This document shows, piece after piece, positions 57,099 to 64,000 of a DNA stretch of 64,000 nt. This DNA comes from a bacterium (GTDB lineage: Bacteria; Patescibacteriota; SICC01), in assembly GCA_030699935.1 (NCBI GenBank), contig JAUYKS010000022.1, positions 18,970 to 82,969 of the forward strand. The letters run 5' to 3'. The first letter of the stretch is position 1. The number at the start of each line of letters is the position of its first letter. Position numbers and translations under genes: made by a program. Below the pieces are notes generated by a model. It was not told the DNA's origin and made no database searches. It was given only the letters and a program-made list of their open reading frames with translations.

Positions 57099-58110
57099 TG
57101 TATGGTCGGCCCGCGTGAAAATGAAAAAGGCGCCGAACTAAGGCCACCCGTAATGAATTAACTTGGTGCTTGCCGGCGCCGATTTCCTAAAAAAGGTTTG
57201 GGGCTCCCCGAGCGATCCGGGAGCCCCGGCCCGTGCCATCTTGGGATGTGCCGGGCAGCAGGCTTGGCGCCACCGGTCTGAGTCTGACCTAGTCGAGCAT
57301 TTGTTTTGATTTTTTCTCGCAGGGAGACTCAGAACGGTGAAGCTAAGGGTTGCTGCCCGGCACGGGTAGGGACAAACGTGAATGGTCTTGAAACGTTGTG
57401 TTTCGGTTTTGGGAGGGTTGAGGGCGCACCGTGATGCGGCCTCTTTGGTTTTTGTTTGTCCGTTCGTCCGCTGTGGGTGGGTGGGATCGGCACCCGCTCG
57501 AACAGCAGGGCGGCGAGCACCTTCTGGCTAGCGATATGCGGTCATGAAGGTGTTGTTTCTTTTTGATTTTCCTTCGCAGAGGACGCTGCGTCTTAAGGGA
57601 AAGTGCTCGACTCCCCGCCGTTCGGCTGCGGTTCCGGCTTGGAACCGTGCGTGGCATGGGCCTTATTTTGAATGTGCTTGGGGGACTAAAAACCCCGATG
57701 TCGCGGGCCTTTTGCGGCCACCGCTCAATCGGGATTAAGTCAACGTAGCACCGTGAACAAGACTTGTCAACACTTATGCATAATATTTGTTCAATCAGGC
57801 ACGGTAAGGCATGGGCCAGGCACAAATAAACATGATTTAGGCAAAAACAGTTACGAAGAAAGCAGCGGATTTGGGTTTGAAACCCGCTGCTTGTGTGTCG
57901 GTCCATACCTTTGAATCCATACCCTTGGATCATCTTCTGTAAAGCCTCGTCAAATGCCTGACGGCACCTCCCCTGACGAGACCTCGGACGGATGGCGGGG
58001 AGCCGGATGCGGCGCATCCGGAGATAGATGGATCACCTCCTCAGTCGTCGACGCCGATCAGGACGGCAGGCGCAGGCAAATTACATCACCACCTTTCGAC
58101 AACTTGGAGG
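57099..58110. other. About 1.0 kb of non-coding, highly structured sequence upstream of lgt. It is a candidate for one or more structured ncRNAs or leader elements.
   Basis: No credible ORF is present; the listed 57343..58017(-) ORF is Arg/Cys/Ser-rich garbage. Several hairpins are perfect: GGGGCTCCC-N10-GGGAGCCCC at 57200-57227; a 13-bp long-range pairing of GTGCCGGGCAGCA at 57248-57260 with TGCTGCCCGGCAC at 57351-57363; CGGTTCCGGCTTGGAACCG; and GGGGGACTAAAAACCCC. A tandem-duplicated T-rich motif TTTTGATTTTyCyTCGCAGrGGA sits at about 57303 and 57561. Confidence 0.5.
57868..57896 (-). terminator. Intrinsic terminator-like hairpin
   Basis: The minus strand reads GCAGCGG-GTTTCAAACCCAAAT-CCGCTGC followed by TTTCTTCGTAACTGTTTTTGCC. 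Confidence 0.5.
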
Positions 58111-58533
58111 TTAGCGGACCATCGCCACGCGCGGCGCGAGACGAGGCGGGCGCAAGGCGCTTCGCCGGGACCGCTTCCGCGTGCGCGCGGGTCTTTCCGA
58201 GAGGGCCGTAACGGGCTCGTCGGTCGGAACTACATAGGGCGGATGGAGTAACGTCTTCTCCCTCAGTCCCTCTTGTTGCAACTCCTCGCACATCTGGCAT
58301 TCGCCGCGCAGGTGCCGGTGGTGATCCTCATCCATGATCTCGTACGAGGGCATGGAGGGCGGATCGCCATGGTTGATCAGCTTGTGCTGCTCGATCGGCA
58401 TCCGCACTTTCCGGCACGGACGGTTCCGGAAGGCCCTGGTGATCTCCTGATCCATTCCGGATCGCGGAAACTTATACCAAGGCTCCGGAAATACCTCGTG
58501 ATGAACGTTGGTACCATCTCTGTCGCGAGCCAA
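58111..58533 (-). CDS. Hypothetical His/Cys-containing protein
   Basis: 140 aa. GC3 is about 75%, which supports coding. The sequence includes NHGDPP...DEDHHRHLRGECQMCEE. It may be metal-binding or HNH-like, but the family is not resolved. Confidence 0.4.
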   Translation of the reverse strand: MARDRDGTNVHHEVFPEPWYKFPRSGMDQEITRAFRNRPCRKVRMPIEQHKLINHGDPPSMPSYEIMDEDHHRHLRGECQMCEELQQEGLREKTLLHPPYVVPTDEPVTALSERPARTRKRSRRSALRPPRLAPRVAMVR

Positions 58534-58585
58534 CAGATACGTCCCTTCGTCGTCGGTTTGCAGGTATGGATTGTGTTTTTGAGGT

Positions 58586-58609
58586 ACGAAAAAACCGCCC
58601 TAGAGCGGT
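58586..58609 (-). terminator. Intrinsic terminator after rmuC
   Basis: The minus strand reads ACCGCTCTAGGGCGGT followed by TTTTTTCGT. Confidence 0.6.
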
Positions 58610-58696
58610 CGCGAAAGAAGCCCTTGTCCTTCGCTTTTGTTTTGACGGCCTGAATGAACCATCGCTCTTAATTGTACGGCCTGCGCGAGGCACCCG

Positions 58697-59779
58697 CTAG
58701 GACTTCTTGGATGGGGATGGGGATTGGGATGAGGATGGGGACGGCGTCTCGGTCACCGGCTCCTCCGGCAGCTCTGTGAACTGCTCCAGCTTCTCCGCGA
58801 CCTTCGCTTGCGTGCCGGTCAGGGCGCCCGCCTTCTCGATCTTCCCTTTCATGTGGTCGTAATCTTTCTCCACCGACGGCACCGTCTTCTGCGCGTTGCC
58901 GAGGTGCTTGAACAGCAGCTCCAAACTCCCTCCAAGCTTTCCGGAATCCTGCTGGATCGCGCGAAGCTCGTTGAGCACTTCTTTCGCCCGCACCTCGATC
59001 TGCTCTCCTTCGAAGCTCTTCAGGACCAGCTGAAGGAACAGGTAGAAGTTGTTCGGCGAGACCAGGATCACGTGCTTGTCCGCCGCGAAGTCGAACAGGT
59101 TGGTGTCGTTGTAAATCTCCTGGAAGACCGCCTCGCCCGGCACGTACATGAAGGCGTAGTCGACCGTGTCCTCGCCCGGCAGGATGTACTTCTTGGCGAT
59201 GTCGGTGACGTGCTTCTTCACCTGCTGATGGAAGTCGCGGAGCAGCGCGGTCCGCTCGGTTTCGCCCTTCACCTTCTGCGCCGCCAGCCACTTCTCCAGC
59301 GGGAACTTCGAATCGATCGGGATCATGCCGCTCGAGGTCAGCACGACCGCGTCCACCTTCTCACCGCTCTTGAACGTATGTTGCAGCTTGAACTTGGCCT
59401 TCGGCAGGCATTCGGAAAGGATGTCCTTCATCAGCGACTCACCGATGTTGCCGCGGAGCTTCGGTGAACGGAAGACCTCGCGCATCTCTTCGATCGATTG
59501 GCCCATCTTCTGGATCCGCCCGACTTCCTTGTTGAGCTCGGCGATCACCCCGGCCGCCTTGTCGAGGCGCTGCCCGATCTCCTTGCTGGTCTCCTGCGAG
59601 CTCCGGCTGGCATGACGTTGGTCTTCCTTGAAGTCCTTTAGCCACTGCATCAGGGCCGAGTCGTCGTCGCCGGCCTGCTCGGCCAGCTCCCGCGCCTTCC
59701 GCTGCTTGAGCAGCTCGTAGTAGACGGCGGCGATCATCACGATCAGCACGACGGCGGCGATTACCAAGATAGTAGTCAT
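58697..59779 (-). CDS. rmuC: DNA recombination protein RmuC
   Basis: 360 aa. It has an N-terminal TM and coiled coil. The C-terminal RmuC nuclease-like domain reads VDYAFMYVPGEAVFQEI...VILVSPNNFYLFLQLV. Confidence 0.85.
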   Translation of the reverse strand: MTTILVIAAVVLIVMIAAVYYELLKQRKARELAEQAGDDDSALMQWLKDFKEDQRHASRSSQETSKEIGQRLDKAAGVIAELNKEVGRIQKMGQSIEEMREVFRSPKLRGNIGESLMKDILSECLPKAKFKLQHTFKSGEKVDAVVLTSSGMIPIDSKFPLEKWLAAQKVKGETERTALLRDFHQQVKKHVTDIAKKYILPGEDTVDYAFMYVPGEAVFQEIYNDTNLFDFAADKHVILVSPNNFYLFLQLVLKSFEGEQIEVRAKEVLNELRAIQQDSGKLGGSLELLFKHLGNAQKTVPSVEKDYDHMKGKIEKAGALTGTQAKVAEKLEQFTELPEEPVTETPSPSSSQSPSPSKKS

Positions 59780-59788
59780 ATATCCACT

Positions 59789-60550
59789 CTACAGCACGTC
59801 GTCCGGCGAGCCGATGATCCGCGGTTCGGAGAGGTCGTACACGACGTCCTTACGCTCCAGCACCACCCGCCAGCCGGCCTCCTTTGCCTTGGTCAGCAGC
59901 CGCTGGTTCGGATTGAACGCGATCGGGTTCTCGATCATCTCAAGGAAACCGATATCGCCTTCCGTGTCGCCGATCCCGACGGACCCGTCCAACGTCACCT
60001 CGGCGTGCTCGGCCAGGAAATACTTCACGACTTTTTCCTTGCCGTCCATCGGATGCAACCCCGCCGGCTTGCCGGTGAACTTCCCGCCTTTGACCTCCTG
60101 TTCCCAGCCGAAGACGTAATCGAACTTCAGGAACCGGTTGTACTTCTTGAGCGCGCCTTGCAGCATGCCGGAGACCGCCATCAGGACGTAGCCTTTCTGC
60201 TGGAGCCGCTCCAATAGCTCGTGCGTGAACCGGTACTGCCGGTTCTTCAATTCGCCGATCACCGCTTCCGCGAAGTGGTTGAATTCCCGCTCGTTGATAC
60301 CGGTAAAGTGCCGTTCGATCACCCGGACTAATTGCTCGTTATATTCCTCGAAGCTCCCCTGACGGTCCTTCCACGCGTTCTTGGCGGCCACCAGGTCGGC
60401 GTAGGCGGATTCCGGAATCATCTTCACCGCGATCATCCGGTCGACGATCTCGATCATCACCGCGGAGCGGAACAGGGTGCCGTCGATGTCGAAGACGGCC
60501 AGCGGCTTGGTGTCGTGCGTGTGTTCCTTCACCGCCAAACCCTTGCGCAT
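59789..60550 (-). CDS. HAD-superfamily hydrolase (subfamily IB-like)
   Basis: 253 aa. Motif I reads AVFDIDGTLF, followed by a cap domain. Motif IV reads GIGDTEGD. Confidence 0.85.
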   Translation of the reverse strand: MRKGLAVKEHTHDTKPLAVFDIDGTLFRSAVMIEIVDRMIAVKMIPESAYADLVAAKNAWKDRQGSFEEYNEQLVRVIERHFTGINEREFNHFAEAVIGELKNRQYRFTHELLERLQQKGYVLMAVSGMLQGALKKYNRFLKFDYVFGWEQEVKGGKFTGKPAGLHPMDGKEKVVKYFLAEHAEVTLDGSVGIGDTEGDIGFLEMIENPIAFNPNQRLLTKAKEAGWRVVLERKDVVYDLSEPRIIGSPDDVL

Positions 60551-60781
60551 CTACTTGCTGCGTAGCGTGTTAATCAGCCAGACAACCTCGACGACTATCG
60601 CTATGGCTCCAGCAATGAGGTAATTCACCGGAGTAAAGATCACGGATTCGCTTCCCCACGCCATCGCAACGTCTGTCGACCAAGCCAGTCCAAGCGATAA
60701 CGCAGCCGTCAAAGGCAATGCCAGCAAGATTAGAATTGCTTTGGTGGTCTTGCTAATGCCATTGGATGATTGCTGGGTCAC
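60551..60781 (-). CDS. Small two-TM membrane protein
   Basis: 76 aa. The two TM segments are AILILLALPLTAALSLGLAW and LIAGAIAIVVEVVWLI. Confidence 0.45.
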   Translation of the reverse strand: MTQQSSNGISKTTKAILILLALPLTAALSLGLAWSTDVAMAWGSESVIFTPVNYLIAGAIAIVVEVVWLINTLRSK

Positions 60782-60819
60782 GGCTCCAGTGTACCGCGAT
60801 GCGACGTACCAGGACCGAC

Positions 60820-63753
60820 CTACTGCGTACGATGTTTAGGCATATCGCCCGGGCAATCCGCGAACGGGCTGCACTGGTGCGGCGCGGGGTTCGGCGCGAA
60901 GTTGCCGGCCCGGATCGCTTCCGCCGTCTCGACGATCTTCTCGCGCATGTTCTTGAGTTGCCGGTCGGTCGGCGACGCGGCCGCGGACACCCCCGTCTCC
61001 ACGAAGTTAAGGACGATCCGCTCCGGCCGTTGTCCGGTCTCCTCTTCGTACGCCAGCGCGTAGATCTGGAGCTGTTTCGACTGGTCGCTCTCCTTGATCT
61101 TCTTCTCCGCCTGCGCCGCGGTGCCGACCGACTCGGTGGTCTTGTAATCGACGATGGTCGGCTTGCCGTGGTAGGTGTCGATCCGGTCGAGCCGCCCTAT
61201 CACCAGGCAGCCGTCCAGCGACATCTTGAACTGATGCTCGACCTTGGTCGGCGCCGGGCGCTTGGCCTCCTCGGCCAGGAACCGCTTGATCGTCGCCGGG
61301 CCGCGCTGGCGGGCGGCGGCGATCTGGCCGGCGCGTTCCTCGGGCAGCGTCCTGACTCCCCGTTCGAACCAGTCCAGCGCTTCCTTCAGCTTCGGTTCGC
61401 GGCCTTCCAGCTTGTCGCGGTTGATCCGTTCGATCACGCGGTGCATCAGGTTGCCGTATTCGGTGACGAACCGCCGCTCCTCCGGGAACCGGGCGACGTG
61501 CTTCCAGTAGTAGCGGAGCGGGCAGGTCCAGTAGTCGCTGAGTCGCGAGTACGACAATCGGATGATCTCGTCGGGCGGCCGGGCCGCGGCGGCGGCTTGC
61601 ATCGGCATCGACTGCTTGAGGATCCGCCAAGCGTCCTTGGCCGCGTTTTCGTCGACCGGCAGCGTGGTGGCGACGTCCGGCCCCAGCGCTTCCGCCACGA
61701 ACTGGCTCGGCCGCCAGATCTTCTTCGACTGGTAGTCGCTGGAGGCGGACAGGTAGCAGAACCGTTTGGCCCGGGTCAGCGCCACGTAACAGAGCCGCCG
61801 TTCCTCGCGGAGATGGGCGGCGGTGTCGGCCGGGTTCCCCACCACCGGATCGATCGAGAGCTGGTTGCCGCGGCGTGACTGCGGGAATTTGTTCTGGACC
61901 AGGCCGGCCACCGCGACCACGTCGAACTCTAGTCCCTTGGCACCGTGGGCGGTGAGGATCCGGACGGCGTCGTGCTCGGTGTCGAATTCCGCCGCCACCG
62001 GCTCGTCGGAGAGCGCCACGATATCGCGGTAATGCTTCGCCCAACCGCTGACGCTGGGGTCCTCGGCGGTGGCGGCGTATTGTCGGAGCCGCGCGAAGAG
62101 GCGGCCCAGGTTCTCGACGGGCTGCTCCTCGCCGGACTGCCGGAGCCGGTCGGCGTAGCCGGCTTCCGCCAGCCATTCGTAGAGCAGTTCGTCGACCGGT
62201 TTCTGCCGGGCACGTTTGGCATATTCGCGGATGTCGTCCTGAAGACGCTTGATGCGCTCGTCGCTGTCGGCGCGCTTTGTAATGCCGGGCAGTTCCTTCG
62301 ACGGATCCGACTTGCTCCAACTCAGCACTTCCCAGAGCGGCTTATGGTAGCGCTTCATCTTGCTGGCCGCGTCGAACAACGAATCCATCGGCACGGCGTA
62401 GTGTTCGCTGGCCGCCAAGTGCTTGAGCGATGGCGAATCGTGCGGATCGGCCACGGTCAGCAGGAAGCTCACGCAAAGCTTCACCTCGGGCTGATCGTAG
62501 AGCCGGCCGCTGCCTTCGGCCAGAAACGGAATGCCGGCGGCGGACAGCGCCCGGGTGAAGTGGTCCCCGAGCTTCCGCTGCCGGACCAAGATCGCCATGT
62601 CCTGCCACGGGATGCCGTGTTCCTTGTGATGGTGCTTGAGCTTTGCGGCGATGCCGTCGGCCTCATCTGAGACCGTCGCGAACGTCAGGAATTGCGGCGG
62701 CGATTCCTCCTTCACCACTTCCGCGACCAGACGCTTATCGAACTTGTCCTTGGCCTCCAGCCGGTCGGGGTTCTTCTCGATCAGCCGGTGCGCGGCGTCG
62801 AGGATCGGCTGCGAGCTGCGGTAGTTCTTGGTGAGCACGACTCGCGCCGGCTTCTGGTACGTCTCCTCGAACTTCTGGATGTTCTCGATCGACGCGCCTT
62901 GGAAGGCGTAGATGCTCTGGTCGTCGTCGCCGACCACGGTCAGGTTGCCGGACTTGCCGGCGGCCTCGCGGACCAGCGCCGCCTGGGCCGCGTTGGTGTC
63001 CTGGTATTCGTCGACCAGTACCCATTTGAAAGTCTTCCGGAGGCGGGCCGCGATGTCCGGCTTCTCGCGGAGCAGCCGCAGCGGCTTCTGGATCTGGTCG
63101 CCGTAATCTATGTAGTAGTGCTGGTCCTTGAGCCGCTCGTACGCCGCGTACGCGCCGGCGACTTCCTCGTGGCGCTTCAGCTGGCGCTGCGCCTCGGCCT
63201 TCTCGTCCGGGTCGGTCAGCGCCTTCACGCGCGCGGCCTCGGCCTTGGTCCACTTCTGATAATCCTCCGGCCGCAGGTCGAACGCCTTGGCTTTGTTGAT
63301 CGCGTCGCGGATCTCGGAGAGGAACCGGGCCGGCCGGCCCTTCGGCTTGAGCACGTCCAACGGCAACTCGTCGAGATGGTCCTCGAGGAAGATCACCTGC
63401 TCGGCGTCGGCCAGGAGTTGGTAGGTCGGCGGCAGCCCGACCTCGAACGAGTATTCGCGCAGCAGCTCGTCGCCGAACGCGTGGAAGGTCTGGATGTGTT
63501 CGGGCAGCGCCGAAAGCCCGAGTCCGATCAGCCGATCGAGCATCTCGCCGGCCGCCTTCTCGGTGAACGTGATCGCCAGGATCTCGGACGCCGGCACCTT
63601 TTGCTCCTCGATCAGGTGCGCGATCCGCCGCGTGATCACGCTGGTCTTGCCCGTCCCCGCCCCGGCGACGATCAGCAGCGGCCCGTCGCCGTGGGTCACG
63701 GCCGCGGTCTGCTCGCCGTTCAGGTCGGCGGTGAATTTCGACTTCGGAGCCAC
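60820..63753 (-). CDS. UvrD/PcrA-family ATP-dependent DNA helicase fused to a C-terminal PD-(D/E)xK (RecB/Cas4-like) nuclease with a Cys cluster
   Basis: 977 aa. The Walker A reads AGAGTGKTSVITRR. Other motifs are VDEYQDTN and a VLTKNYRSSQ-like region. The C-terminal nuclease domain reads YSRLSDYWTCPLRYYW...IVDYKT and ends with C...CSPFADCPG. Confidence 0.9.
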   Translation of the reverse strand: MAPKSKFTADLNGEQTAAVTHGDGPLLIVAGAGTGKTSVITRRIAHLIEEQKVPASEILAITFTEKAAGEMLDRLIGLGLSALPEHIQTFHAFGDELLREYSFEVGLPPTYQLLADAEQVIFLEDHLDELPLDVLKPKGRPARFLSEIRDAINKAKAFDLRPEDYQKWTKAEAARVKALTDPDEKAEAQRQLKRHEEVAGAYAAYERLKDQHYYIDYGDQIQKPLRLLREKPDIAARLRKTFKWVLVDEYQDTNAAQAALVREAAGKSGNLTVVGDDDQSIYAFQGASIENIQKFEETYQKPARVVLTKNYRSSQPILDAAHRLIEKNPDRLEAKDKFDKRLVAEVVKEESPPQFLTFATVSDEADGIAAKLKHHHKEHGIPWQDMAILVRQRKLGDHFTRALSAAGIPFLAEGSGRLYDQPEVKLCVSFLLTVADPHDSPSLKHLAASEHYAVPMDSLFDAASKMKRYHKPLWEVLSWSKSDPSKELPGITKRADSDERIKRLQDDIREYAKRARQKPVDELLYEWLAEAGYADRLRQSGEEQPVENLGRLFARLRQYAATAEDPSVSGWAKHYRDIVALSDEPVAAEFDTEHDAVRILTAHGAKGLEFDVVAVAGLVQNKFPQSRRGNQLSIDPVVGNPADTAAHLREERRLCYVALTRAKRFCYLSASSDYQSKKIWRPSQFVAEALGPDVATTLPVDENAAKDAWRILKQSMPMQAAAAARPPDEIIRLSYSRLSDYWTCPLRYYWKHVARFPEERRFVTEYGNLMHRVIERINRDKLEGREPKLKEALDWFERGVRTLPEERAGQIAAARQRGPATIKRFLAEEAKRPAPTKVEHQFKMSLDGCLVIGRLDRIDTYHGKPTIVDYKTTESVGTAAQAEKKIKESDQSKQLQIYALAYEEETGQRPERIVLNFVETGVSAAASPTDRQLKNMREKIVETAEAIRAGNFAPNPAPHQCSPFADCPGDMPKHRTQ

Positions 63754-63813
63754 GGATCCATTGTACCGTGCTGCAGTAGGTTGAACCCCTGTGGGCTTAT
63801 GCTCTATTCATTT

Positions 63814-64000
63814 TCAGCGCGATGGCTTTTTTTGATTAAGAGGCAACCCAGCTTCGGTCAGTGCGTTATTATATGTACCGAAAAGTTTTTGCAGCGCGGT
63901 TACCGGAGGACCTTCTCCTCTGCGATACGCTGCTGTTACTTCCTCAATGGTAGGTGTTTTGCCGATGACGCCCCGGAACCTACGAAGATACTCTAGAACT
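63814..64000 (-). CDS. C-terminal fragment of a homing-endonuclease-associated (HNH-repeat-like) protein in a lower-GC segment. The gene continues beyond the right edge of the window.
   Basis: The reverse translation reads ...GKTPTIEEVTAAYRRGEGPPVTALQKLFGTYNNALTEAGLPLNQKKPSR*. This matches the recurring ...fGsWnnAl.eAGL repeat found C-terminal to HNH/homing endonucleases. Confidence 0.4.
   Translation of the reverse strand, partial: VLEYLRRFRGVIGKTPTIEEVTAAYRRGEGPPVTALQKLFGTYNNALTEAGLPLNQKKPSR

Noticed and set aside
57343-58017. 224-aa minus-strand ORF in the large intergenic region
   Set aside because: Arg/Cys/Ser-rich, with no start context or family. The region is better explained as structured non-coding sequence.
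57099-58110. RNase P RNA, tmRNA or SRP RNA in the large non-coding region
   Set aside because: Isolated similarities (GGCACGGTAAGG...CAAATA, GGGCTCC, CAGAAC) occur in the wrong order for RNase P. No tRNA-like T-arm is present for tmRNA, and no SRP domain IV motif. It is left as an unclassified structured region.

Overview
This is a high-GC (about 63%), gene-dense segment of a bacterial chromosome, with most genes on the minus strand. The core content is housekeeping:

- **Cell envelope:** a class A PBP (penicillin-binding protein) transglycosylase fragment, murA, murB, mreB, lgt/lspA, a sortase together with an LPXTG substrate, and a D,D-carboxypeptidase.
- **DNA and chromosome maintenance:** topA, lexA, dprA, mfd, scpAB, rmuC, holB and a UvrD-like helicase-nuclease.
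- **Translation:** pth, der, an archaeal-type aspS, gltX, prfB carrying its classic programmed +1 frameshift, ribosomal proteins L33, L11, L1, L10 and L7/L12, and six tRNAs.
- **Other:** atpD-atpC on their own, folA-thyA-dcd, two histidine kinases and an orphan receiver.

Several things stand out:

- The rpmG/tRNA-Trp/secE/nusG/rplKAJL cluster is interrupted three times. The most striking interruption is a lower-GC cassette of three small, translationally coupled ORFs between nusG and rplK, whose junction carries a duplicated 19-bp nusG-3'-end/RBS/ATG repeat.
- About 1 kb upstream of lgt is non-coding and highly structured, with a tandem-duplicated T-rich motif. It is a candidate for one or more unannotated structured ncRNAs.
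- A perfect 16-bp palindrome overlaps the lexA promoter and is a candidate LexA operator. A small membrane-protein ORF appears to be co-transcribed with lexA.
- Low-GC accessory ORFs sit among the tRNAs: a LAGLIDADG-like gene overlapping tRNA-Thr, a ParB-like nuclease gene next to a tRNA-like remnant, and an HNH-repeat gene fragment at the right edge.
- Two inverted-repeat operators lie upstream of an XRE-family regulator.
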